DNA of 64,000 nucleotides from Raillietiella orientalis (Eukaryota), in contig JAYWIR010000008.1 in assembly GCA_036172245.1 (NCBI GenBank), positions 5,022,001-5,086,000 on the forward strand. The letters are read 5' to 3'. The translations under genes and the position numbers were made by a program. The notes below the pieces were generated by a model that worked only from the letters and a program-made list of their open reading frames with translations, was not told the DNA's origin and did no database searches. How positions within the stretch are numbered: the stretch's first letter is position 1; each line of letters begins with the position of its first letter. Shown here piece by piece: positions 39,200 to 50,350 of the stretch.

Positions 39200-39717
39200 C
39201 CAGAGTGTGAAGAAGCGCACTGTTCCTTTCAGGGCGCTCCCTTCAGAGAAATTGGGACGCGTCCCTTCGGAGCCCCCTCCCAAGCGCGAGAGGAACGGAC
39301 TCTTCCCTCCGGGGCTTTTCCTGAATTCATAGGGTGGTCCCTTCCCAGGGTACCTTCTAACTTGAAGAGTTAACACGCACCTTCGGGTGGAGTGGAACGG
39401 TGTCAAAGAACGGCTTTGGTGAGTTTTCGTGCCCCTCTCCTTCCGGCGGTGGCAGAGGGGAGGGGGCGGTGTCAGCACAAACATGGGCGCTTCCACCATG
39501 AGGGATGCGTTCCCTCCCTCGTTCCACGTGGAGCCGCACGTGTCCTGCTGTCGTGATTCCACGGGCCGGCGCCCGAGACTGCATCTGGAAGGGACTGCCC
39601 ACCATCTCCACCACCTGCGAGGGAATGAAAACATAACCGAAGACAACAAGGACAACCCACCCGAACGTGGACGTGAACAGACCCGTCTTCTATCTCTGCC
39701 TCCCAAGGGTGGTCAGG
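39200..39717 (+). mobile_element. Tx1/L1-like ORF2 C-terminal fragment, sense orientation
   Basis: NWDA..SSLRG..IHRVVPS and LTRTFGWSG..P..GGG motifs; homologous to the minus-strand copy at 40352-41000. Confidence 0.5.
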
Positions 39718-40351
39718 AGCTGAAGCACAGCCACCGTAGTCGCTGCGCGCGCACGAAAGGGTCTTCTCGTCTTCCCTTCTTCTTCCCGCGCTTCTCAGGT
39801 CCGCGGCGGCAGTCGGAACCGCCGTAAATTTTTGATGGCTTCCGCGCCGCCAGACTGTCGCCTCTCATGTAGACCCCTGGCCCCTTCCCTTCTTTGCTAG
39901 GGACGACTTTCGCCCGTTGGGCGGGAAGTCCGTTTCGTACGGGTTGCTCTCCCCGTTGAAGACTTTGAGCGGGCGTTCAGTCTCGTTCAGTTCCCACCGT
40001 CCTTTCGGCGTGGGAGGGAGGGAGGGTAGGGAGGGGGGATGAAATTCCTGCTTCTACCGGACATTTCCCCCAAACATCGCATTTCCGACGCTTCTTCCTC
40101 CACGGTGCGGGCGCTAGCTGTCCATCACCAGCTGTCCCATTTTTCTGGGACACGCGTGTTCGGACTCGCCTCCTCCTCCTCATGGGGGAGAGCAGCTCGC
40201 CCGCAGGACCTCTCTGTCCCTCTGCGCAGCTTTCCTTCCGGTGAGGGATCGCCTGCCTCCCGCCATCTGCGGACGATCTCTCCTGTCCCGGGAAAGAAAC
40301 CGACCGTTACGGCTTCTGGTGGCCAACTAACCCTGGAATGGCCGTGCTTCG

Positions 40352-41000
40352 CCTGCTAACTACTCTTGGTGGACAGGGATGGAAGGCGGGTGTGTTCATG
40401 TCCACGGTCGGGTGGGTTGTTCTTATTGCCTTCAATTGAGTTTTCACCCCACTTGCAGGTGGTGAGGGTGATGGGCAGTCCCTTCCAGCCGAGGTCTTTG
40501 GCGCTGAGTCTCGGCCCGTGGAAGTGCGATAGGCACACGAGTCTCCTTCAGGCGGGAGTTCCTGGAGGAGAGATGTGTACCTCCTTGCCTGTCGGGAAGA
40601 TGATATTGAGGAGCACGCGAGATTTCTTGCAGATCGACGGGACTTGCCGGACGTCTCGAGATCGAGGACATTCTCCGGCTCGGGAAGCGTCTGTTCCCGA
40701 AGGAGTCATTCCCATCACGTGGGCGAGCTTCGGCAGTGGACTCGGGTGCAAACATAGGAGGGCTGAGGGTAAAAAGCCTCGGGGATCTCCTTGAAGGCGG
40801 GAGCGGAGCAGACTCAGGAAGGAGGGAGATGCTGTTCCAGGAACTGGGAGAGAACGTCGCTTCTTCAGCACTCCTGGAAACTCCCCGTGTCGCGTCCTCC
40901 TGGATTCGAACGCTTCCAGACCCGGCGGACGTCACGTTTTTCCCGTCGCTTTCGGATTTTTCGGGGAGCTTTTCGGATTTTTCTCCCCGCTCTTGGCTAA
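40352..41000 (-). mobile_element. Second copy of the same Tx1/L1-like family; forms an inverted repeat with 39538-39717
   Basis: Reverse complement of 40352-40529 aligns with 39538-39717 (e.g. ctggaagggactgccca, acaacccacccga, cgtggac); PKLAHV..P motif further upstream. Confidence 0.6.
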
Positions 41001-41099
41001 GTCGCGGCGCGTCCTCCGAAGATCGCCTGCGCCCCCCCCCCCCATTCGGCCCACTCCTTTCGCTTCCGTGTCGGCGGGACGGAAAGGTAGGGCGAGACT

Positions 41100-44000
41100 C
41101 CTCTTTTCCCTCCTCACGGGTGTCACTTTGGGACTTCACACGCGTCGGAGGCAGCTTGAAGTGGGTCGGCAGTGGATGGACGCCTGTAGGTGTCGCCACC
41201 GCCATTCGATGCGGCTTCCTCCTTTGAAGTCGTTTTCAGGGTCTCTCTCCCTCTCTTTTGGTGCATCCTCTGTGCCTTCCATCCCTGCCATCCCCTCTCT
41301 TCTTGTGTGTGCGTCGCCGGATCCCACGTGGCGGCTTTGCCGAGGTCAGCGCGGGTTGTGCAACGCCACTCGTCATCCTCTGAGGGCCATCGGTCGACGT
41401 GCTTTTGGGTAATCGATTTTCGGGAAGCTCCGTCTTTATGTTCCCCGGTTTGGCTCCTTCCATTAAGAAATTGCAGGGCTCCCGGCACGTCGTGAAGTCC
41501 CTCTCTCGCCGGATGAGGAGGAGGGACGCCCGGAAAGGATTATCTCTTTCGCTCGATGCCGGCGAGCACGGATAGAGCTCGGGTTGCAGGCTTTGGGGCA
41601 CTTCCCAGGCGAGCGCTTTCCCCCTTGCAGTGGGTTTCCCAACGTCTCCTCTTCCTTCTCGCAGCGACCCACTGCGTTTTCACTCGTCGGTCCACCCGAC
41701 CGACTTCACCTTCCCCGCATTCTCTCCCCTTCTTTCTTCCTCCTCCCTGTTTTTTTTTTTTTTTTCGTTTTTTAACGCCGCTGGTGATCAGCCGCGATGC
41801 ACAGAAGTGCGTACTCTCCTTAGACACCAAAAGAGTTGCAAAGGAGGGAGTCCCTTGCCAGATACACCCCAGAAATTCGGGGACAGCTGGATCGCACCGC
41901 AGATTCCACGGACCGTCGCCCAGCGCGACAGTGCGGAACGGCGTCCGCGCCATGCGCTCGGGGATGCCCGAAGTAGTGTGGAATTCGATCCGTCCCTCCC
42001 CCTATCTCTCCCTCTTCGAAAGGGCGACGGAGCCTTCGTTCGGAGCGCACACGTAGGCGTAGCAGGCGCAAGGTAGTTTTCTTGCTCGCGGCCCCACGTA
42101 GTCGGGACGAATCCCCGCCTCTCTGTACCCGTAGACGCATGAAGAACGTGGATTTACCACCACTGGTCAGCCTTCCATAGATCGCGGTTCGGTGCCTCAA
42201 AAAGCACATCCAGGCGCACCTGAAAGAGGAGCGGGCAAGGTGGAGGGAGAGGATGGTGGTACCTGACCTCCATGGCACAGGCACTGTTTTCAAGGGCAGC
42301 TCCTCCGGAACCCAGGCTATCAAGAAGCTCTTACTCTGGACCTGTACGCATTGCCTCTGCCATCTGTCCCCCCCCCCCGCCCTGCCTCATGGATGTTGCT
42401 GCACCTTTCGCGTGTCCCAGAACAAAAAGGCATCTTTTTGGTCGCAACTTTTCTGGACTTCATCCTTCCTTCCTTCCTTTCTTCCTTCCTCGACTTCTTG
42501 ACCCTTCCCCGAGGCAGACTCTCCATGTCGTACCCTTTCGCTTTCCGTCCCATGCTCAGGGGAGAAGCAGCCGTTGTCCCGGCTTCTCCCCAACGAAAAC
42601 CCTTCCCGGGCACTTCTCGTTCTCACGGACGATAGCCTGCCCGCCCTTGCGTGGTCCCAGAGCTTTTTCTGATGACGTCACTTGCGATTTCCTTTGGCTG
42701 CGCTCTGCCCTCTCGCTTTCCCCGGCAATCCCGAGCCATTTGGCATTCAGACAGAGTCTTCTTGCGTTTCCTCTCCCCGGTGTCCCACAGACCCTGGGGA
42801 TCTCGTGCCCCCGTTTTTCCTGCATTTTGTGCACGCAGCGAAGAGCTTTCCAGAGCTCCATTGGCAGCAGCTCTCAACTCGATCTCGGTCTTTGGTCGTC
42901 GCGGCTGTCGTCAGTGTCGGTTCCCAAGAGAACGAGTTACCTGCTACCCTCTCCCTTTTTGCAGTCCCGCGCCGAATCTCGAGTCGCTTGTGCTGGGAGA
43001 GTTCTCCTCTTGGAGTTAGTGTCCACGCGGCACACCCACTACAGGTGGAAAGCGTGCCGCACAAAGCTGCAAAACGGAGGGAGGAGACGGAGAGGGCATC
43101 TCTCAGCACGCGAGTTCCACGCGCGCGATCTTCTGCCAGGAAGAGCGTGCCCTGTGTGCTCTCATTCTCCTTCCCCCTACCTCTCTTTCTTGTCCCCCTG
43201 TCCTGCGCTAAATGGGCGCCATGTCGGGCGGATGACGCCGCCCGTCGTGCACGAATCGTCCTCCATCCTTCCCCTCTCTAATGGTGTCACGTGTGTTTCT
43301 GTTAGGGCCGCCCAGAAAATCAGCATCCACAGTTTGTCGTCAGGTGGCAGGCGGAGACCGCCGAACGCCCTGGACCAGCGCGCTCCGGTGCATCATGGAG
43401 CCGCCGCGTCCCACTTCGCCGGGGTGCTGCAGACGTCTTTTCCTCCCACTCCGCCCGCGCTCATGCGGAATTTGATGAAGAAGGAGAGCAGCGGAATCGG
43501 AAAGGTGACGGCGCCTCTTTCTTTTCTTTCTTTCTTCGGGGGAGGAAGATTTCCTCGATTTTGCTTTGTCGAGCGCTACCTCTGCCGACGTCGGTCGATG
43601 GGTTTTGGGCCGCGACTTTCGTCGAACTCTCCCAGTTTTCCTGCGAGCGCCGCTTCGCTCTTTCTAGAACGGACCCGCCTACCGCGAGATGCATCCCTTT
43701 CACCTTTCTCTCTCCCTCTTTCTCTTCGGAAATTTTCCCCATCTTATTCCGGGCAGGACGATGACGCAGGGATTCCCTCTTGCAGGTGATCTTTCTATGC
43801 CTCTCGCCGCCAAGAAATGGAGGGAGACCTCAGCGTCCATCAGCTCCAATCCGGCCTTGCTTTGCCTTGCGACATGGCTCGTAGGTGGGAAAAACTGTTC
43901 TCCTTCCCTCCCTCCGGCATTTTCTCCCGAATGTTGCGCGTCCTGGAATATAGAGGTTCGGTCTCCAGAGCGTCCCAGTGCTTCCTCCTTCCGCGAACCC

Positions 44001-46050
44001 AGAGTCCTCGATCCCGCTCGCTCGGGGGAGGTCGGAGGGCGTGCACTCCTTCCTATGGAGCGTGCCCCGATTTCTCCAGTCAGGACAGCGGGGCCCCAAG
44101 TCGTGCATTCTTTTCCTGTCTTCGCTGCCTTTCTTCCGAGCTGCTTGAGATTCGCGTGAAAAGACTTGCACCCCATCAGAACAAAGCGTGACGTGACGCA
44201 AGAGTGGGGGCGCTCTACGAACCACGAGACGTTTCACTGCTGCGTGCCGATGTGTGGTGCATAGTCACAGCAAAACATGGCGCGACCGACAACCGGAGTG
44301 GAATCACTGGTGGTGCGCAGACTGCGACAGAAGCAAGGAAAAAGGAAAGATAAAGGCGAAGGCAAATGGCACATTCTTAAGCACCCGGCACTGTTGAGGA
44401 CGAAAATGCCTTTGCATGACGGCTCAACAGTGGATGGGGTACTTGGCATTGCTGTAGAAAGGATGACCCTAAAATGCGTTTTCGCCTCCTATGTTTTCTT
44501 CTCCGTTCTTTTTATTGTTTCACCACTTGAAGTGATTCTCTTCTCCTTTCTCGTTTCCCCTTGAATTGAAAAGTGATCGGATGATGAGCACTTTGGTACC
44601 GAAGCAGTCGGAAGAAGCCATCCTAAGAAGGATCTGAGAGGGAGAACGTTGCCTCGAGCCAATCCGCTCATTCGAAGTTCCCCATTGTTTTGCGAAGTGC
44701 ACAAGATCTTTCCAGAATCTGAGGCATGCTCCGCAAAGCTGCGAAAGCAGGACGCGACCCTTCGTTGAGTGAGCTTTCCTTCACCGGAGGCTTGAGTTCA
44801 CCCCTTTTAACTGCTTCCAACCTTCTCTTCCTCATCCAGCCGGAACCCGCCTGGAACACTGCAACCAGTTGTTCCTTCGACAGCAAGCGTGTCTGCCGCC
44901 TTCCTTGAAATGTGTTTGGGATCGCCGCCTCACTCTGTCGTCGCGTTTGCATCGAACATCATGTGCCCTTCCAGAATTTCCTGGATCCTGCAATGTGAGC
45001 TTCCCTTCCTCCGGAAGTGCGACAGTTCCGAAGCAGGTCCCCTCTTCTCTCATCCGTTTCTTCCTGTTGCCTCTCAAGCCGGAACCCGTTGCGTGCCCGT
45101 TTTCGTTTCCCGAAGCAGCGAACGGCTTGCCTGCGCCCTCCCTCCTCGCCCCCGTGTCCAGTAGTCCGGTCCCCGTCGCAAAGTCTTGCGGATTTATCTG
45201 GACGCAGTGAACTTTTCGAGTGGCCTCTATCCGACAGCGAGCCTCATGTATCGGCAACCGGTGGCTCAACTGGAAGATCCTCTTTTATGGCGTCTTCCTT
45301 GATGCCTGTCCCTTGTCCCTCCTGCTTGGGTGCCATATCTCGCTGACTTCCACTGTTCACCTATTTCTGCAACGTCTTCTCCGGGATCGCGAGCGGACAG
45401 AAAGAGAATGTGTCCTTCCGTGAGGAAACCTGCCCTGTCCGTGAGGAAGCAATCGGTCCACTCTTCTTCGTAGGTCGTGGGACGTCGAACAGTGTCCAAT
45501 CCGGAGCGCAGCATCGCCGCATCTCGTCGCAGGTGCTCTGCTGCCAAGAGAGCGCCACGTGCATCGCTGAGGTTCACAGACCCCTTTTCGGTCCTTCGCG
45601 TTCCCCGATTCTCCCCTCTCTTGCATCCATGCGTGTCCTGTTCTCAGCTGCTGTTGCCTGCACATCCCCCACGGCTCATCTCGTTGATGCTTTTCTTTCG
45701 GTGCTCTCTTTTCGCTTTTTGGCACGCGCTGCTTCCGGTGACCCGGCTGCTCGGGAAGCACCCTGGGGCGGTTTTGACGGCATTGCGACGCTTTGAGGAT
45801 GTTGGCGTTCCTCGTTCCGCTTCCTCCGGACTGGGATGGACATGGATGTCCCCTCTCTCCTCCCTTGCCCTCCTCGATAGCCGGAGCTCGAGCTGGACAG
45901 CTGCCTCACTGTGAGACTTCGGGGCACGCTGCCCCTGGGCCTTTCCCCGCACTCCGAAGCGTACAGCCACCTCTCTGACCCGCGCCTCCTCGTCCCCCCC
46001 GGGACAGGAATGCGAAACCCGCTTTCCCGTTTTTCCTTCTTCGGTCGCCG
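41100..46050 (-). mobile_element. Degenerate Ty3/Gypsy gag-PR-RT-RH-INT relic containing KIF26 exon 3
   Basis: Minus strand in order: QERGES / PTTYEE (gag); LVAVFQAGS..QILL (PR); DAEV..L.ARGIE..PCVIV (43843-43750); KDGGRFVHDGRR (43270-43235); FLAEDRARG..FAALCG (43143-43058); RGHEI..GTP (~42800); QPKE..GTT; AIYGR (~42180); PFRTVALGDGP (~41920); VD..TQWVAA; NG..HVD..W. Confidence 0.65.
43306..43504 (+). CDS. KIF26: KIF26-like kinesin, exon 3 (AAQK...FAGVLQTSFPPTPPALMR..KE..GIGK)
   Basis: ttag acceptor, phase 2 to 0, AAG|GTGACG donor; conserved KIF26 pre-motor motif. Confidence 0.92.
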
Positions 46051-46910
46051 CTCCAATTCTCACCAAATCATGCCCTCTTTGTCCTCCTTTCATCCGCCCT
46101 CTCCTCCACCCATATTTTCCACAGGGATCCCTCTTGTTCGATTTCGTTCACAGTGAAAAACATAGGGTTTTGAGCCACCGGCCCCTTAAGTGTGTACCTC
46201 CTAAAGTTGCGTCGTGCCTTCCCGGAAACTCTCTCCTGCCGTCGTCATTGCTTTCTATTCCTCCCTCTCCGAGGCGTGTTTCCTGCACGCCCACGCCATT
46301 TTCTGATGAATGGTTTTTTTGATGACTAACGAGCGCGCGTTCATCAGTCTTTCCTTCATGGTGTGAGAACACCCATGAGGAAGGAGGTGCAGAGGCTGCG
46401 TCCGTTCCCTTTCGTCGGCGGATGTTCTCTTGGACTCTGTTCTCACTACCTTCACCTACCGAAACTCGATCCCAAGCCCCGCCGATCGGCGAGGGGGAGC
46501 GAGTGATAAAAAAAAAAACAAAAAAAAAAAAACAAAATAATACAGGAGGTATCCTTCACCGCCTTTTCGGTGGTCCTCTGCGTCCTCTCGACGAGCGAGA
46601 GTGGGCTAAAGATGGGGAGGGTGGTCCGTTCGCCCCCGTTCTGGGAGAGCACGGCGGTTCTAAACCAGCACTTCTCCCTTCGTTTTTGCGTTTCTTCTTA
46701 CCTCTTTCATGGAAGCTCTTCGCACCGGAAGGGAAGCTGTGCGCTCCCATGAGAAACGGCAAGCAGGCATGACGTGAAGCGCCCGGTCTCTTGAGTGCTT
46801 CCAAGAATTATCGTCATCCGCGCCCAGGGGGGCCTTCTCGAAGGTGCGTGCCTGCGTGTGTCTTTCCTGGTATCTGTTCTGAAGCTTGAACAAAATCTCT
46901 CTCCTCCTCC

Positions 46911-46942
46911 CACACACACACACACACACACGTTTGCACACA
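46911..46942 (+). repeat. (CA)n microsatellite in an AT-richer patch
   Basis: Direct reading. Confidence 0.85.
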
Positions 46943-47149
46943 CTAGTGTGTTGAGATCACATGTATGTACGTTAAAAGTGTTTCTGTCCCTCCGCATGCA
47001 TATATGTTAAGAATCCACCTGTGCGTGTTACGTATCACGTATGTGCATATGTACTGAGGTCGTGTGTAAGCTTGCTGAGGTCGGTGCATTGTAGGAAAGG
47101 TCACATGGATTTGGAATTTTCCTCACCCTTTCGAGGGTCGTAGTGAAAC

Positions 47150-49100
47150 GGCACTCTTTGACTCGAGGTCACGTTCGTGTGGTCTCCGTCAGGTGGCTGG
47201 AGTGTCCATAGCGTTTCTCGAAGGCAAAGGCGGAGCCTTCAGGAAGCGTCTGCCGTTTTCCCTGCTTTTCGGTGTGCGCGCTTCCCGTCCGCGTTTCAAA
47301 GGTGAAACGCGAATGGGAAGTTCATGCGAAGTTCTGCAAGATCTCTCCAGTGGACGCGCAGGTCGGAAGGGAAGAAAGGGGTAAGGAAAGATAGATGGGA
47401 CCTGCTCCCCTGCCGCCTCGTCCACGTTCCCAAGAGACGCCGAAGAGCAGCGCGCCCCTGTCGGCTGTTGCGGAATTTCTCGGGTGGCAGGGCGGCGCTG
47501 CTGCGCTTCCCGGCGCACCTCCTTTTCCGCGCGCATTCAGCGGCTTTCTTCCCTCGTAGGGGAAGGAGAAGGGGCCAGCTGCCTGCTGGACACGATTTGG
47601 ACGCAAAGAGCCGTTTCCAGGGGCAGATTGCGTCAACTCCCCGATTCCTCCAAAGGATTCTGGGGGATTCCAGAGAAACCGACAACTTGGCGTTTCGGAA
47701 ATTATTGAGGGATCAGCGGGCGTGCGGATGAAGGAAAGGGAAAAGACTTTTCTGGTACAGGGAGGAGGATGCACCGGGATTTGGGAGGGGAACACTAATC
47801 CGAACTGCTGCTGGGAGGGACACCAAATAGGCAGTCCGCTGCCGCCGTCATCTTCTTCCGCCTCCCTTGTTCCGTTTCTCTCCTCTTTCTTGTGTCCACA
47901 TACATCGCTCAGCTTTTTTGTTTTTTTCCGAGAGTTCCATCGCTCTCCGGGCTTCGCTTACCAGGACCCCAGTATGCGGTCCTGGTCGCAGGTCAGCTTC
48001 CTACGTTTACGATGGAACTCTCTGCGCGAGCAAATCGTCGGACCACTTGTCGTTGAAAGCACGCGGAGACGACGACGCGATGCTGCTGCATCTCTGGCGG
48101 CGTTTTGCGCCTCTACCGATGTCGCCAGCGTCGCCGTCTTCTCCCCTTCTGCCCTTCTCTTTGCTCGGACTCTGGGTCGCGTGTGACGCGTTCGGGACGG
48201 AAAAGCGTACGGGGAGACCGGCTACAGTCTTCCCTGTTTTGGGTCCTCCGGCGCTGCTGGAGTAGCAATGGAGGCGACCTTCAAAACGGCTGAGCATCCG
48301 GGATGGTCGGGAGGACTTCTTCCAGCGGAACACGAGCGCAATGCGGGTGCTCCGTCCACTCGAGGTGGCGCGTCACGGGACGAGCAGCGTGTCTCCGGAG
48401 GCTCGGCGTGCGGGGACGCAGCTGGGCGTCCGCACCAGCCGGCATCGCACCAGCCTCGTCCCGCCCGCGCCCATCGCCACACCTCTTTGCTCCGGAAGCC
48501 GCTCCCAGAGGACCACCACAGATTGGTCGGTGGTCGCCTTCCACCACCCGCGTTCGCAGAGCCGCGCGTGTCCTCGGCCCAGGGCCGTCATTGGTGGCGG
48601 TAGAGACGGTCATAGTTGCAGCAGGAGAGCCAGCTGTACACCGCTTCTTGTCCATTTCCTCAAGGCGGCCGCCGACGTCCTTCCTAAGGAGTCCGTCCAT
48701 CCTTCGTCCTTTCCTACACTTGCGGAGTGGGGCATTGCCCGGAAACGACAACTCCTTCGCGCCCACCTCGCTCTCCCTCGAATCTATGGCGCCGCCATTT
48801 CCGATCTCCGTTTCCCGAAGACTCAGAGCGCCGCCTCACGGGAGCAAGGAGGCCGTTCTCCACTCTCCCGTTAAGATAGCTCCTCTTGCTCCCAAAGCGC
48901 TTCTTCTGACCAAGGGAAGGTCGCGACGCGATAGAGCAAAGCCGCGGTTCCCTCGCTGTTGATGTGGCAACGGCGTGAAGAAGACCTTTCCCTCTTTTCG
49001 TTTCCCGCTCTGTGGCGAAGCTGGGAAGGTGCGCGCTTAGGGGGCCGCTCCAGTGCGTTTTCCCGTAACCACGGACATTCACCTAGCGCCGCAGCGGGAG
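47150..49100 (-). mobile_element. Ty3/Gypsy RNase H - integrase relic
   Basis: Minus strand EPRLCSIASRPSL (P.AyASR.L, ~48930), RLEEMD..G..T.T (~48650), PSIISE..F...F..IG (P.IISD.G, ~47700). Confidence 0.5.
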
Positions 49101-49464
49101 GGGGGAGGGAGAACAAAAAGTCCCGAAGGATTTTTACCGCTGCATGCCGGGAGGGGCGGCGGGTGGAAAAGGAAGCGAACCCCTCCCGGCTTTCGGTTCC
49201 CGGCGTCCTTCCGAGAGTCGTCATCATCGGCGCCAGGGTCGATGCGTTGTCGTCTCGTCTTCCAGGTGTGCGCAATTCCTCCTGCCTCGACGCGCCTTGA
49301 AAGGGAGAGGAGGCGATCCCAGCGAGGATGGGGAGGAGGAGGAGGGCGGAAGAGGAAGAAGATGCGCTTCCCCCCTTCTCCCTTCGTTCGCAACGGCAGC
49401 ACAGCACGCCCCCGCTCCCGGTAGGCAGGCAGAACAGCTGCACCCTATTTTTAAACTCCTCCCG

Positions 49465-50350
49465 TGCGAGGACGCCGCCGCCGCTGCCTGCCTTTCTGAG
49501 GAACCGCCGGGGGACTGGGAACGCGCGTGCGGACGGAACGGGAGGCCGCTGATCCCCGACCGCTTCCAAGAAAGAAGAGGAAGAAAAGGGGAGCCCCCTC
49601 TCTCCCTCCTCTCCCCCAAAGAAAACAAGCGGGATAAAAGGGAAACTAATTTTCGTCCTCCCGTGTGGAACGGTCGCGTCCCGCGCCGACGGTCGATTCC
49701 TCCTCGAGTTTTCCGGAGAGGACGGAAGTCTTCTGCTCCATCAGCCCCCGGATGCTGCGGTGGCGCGCACCTGAATGGATTTATTGTTTTATTGCAGATT
49801 TTCCGCCTCCAGGGAAACACGGGCCTCTCCGGCCGTCCCTTTTTTCCGCACCCGGAATCCGTCGCGCGGATCTTCCCCGTTTTGCTTTTTTGAGTCACGT
49901 ACGTCTCCCGCGCTCGTTTCCCCGGGACGCCGGGGAAATGGCCGGCGGGGGTAGCCCGTGGTGGAGGCGTTGACGTCATCGCCGCCGCCTCTTGCTCTCC
50001 TTTATTGATCGCGCGGCGAGCTCCGTGCCCTCCCCTCCTGCTCGCGGGGAAGAAGGACCAGCCGACCCTGGTGCTTCGCTTATGCCGCAATGGAGCGAGG
50101 GTTGCATCTGCGGGCCGGGTCGCCTCGGACCATGGCCAGTGACGCTGCCGGGTGCCCTCCCCTTCGAGTGCTTGGGCGTCCTCTCTCCCGATGCTGCTGG
50201 TGGACGACCGACTCCCACCCAGAGGCTCCACTCCCTCGTCGCTGAGGGGGGAGTTGAGTCTGTCCTTGGGGACCTCTTGTTCGCGTCCTATCTCGCAGTT
50301 TGGATGCGAGGACGCCGCCGCCGATGCCTGCCTTTCTGAAGAACCACTGG
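49465..50350 (+). repeat. ~45-bp near-identical direct repeat, 840 bp apart
   Basis: TGCGAGGACGCCGCCGCCG(c/a)TGCCTGCCTTTCTGA(g/a)GAACC at 49465 and 50305. Confidence 0.85.

Noticed and set aside
40360..40435. YSWWTGM..CSYC resembling an integrase zinc finger on the + strand
   Set aside because: Not preserved in the homologous copy at 39600-39717; the region is better explained as a minus-strand Tx1 fragment.
42272..43789. 505-aa ORF
   Set aside because: Only 43306-43504 is coding (exon 3); the rest is antisense Gypsy RT in stop-poor GC-rich DNA.
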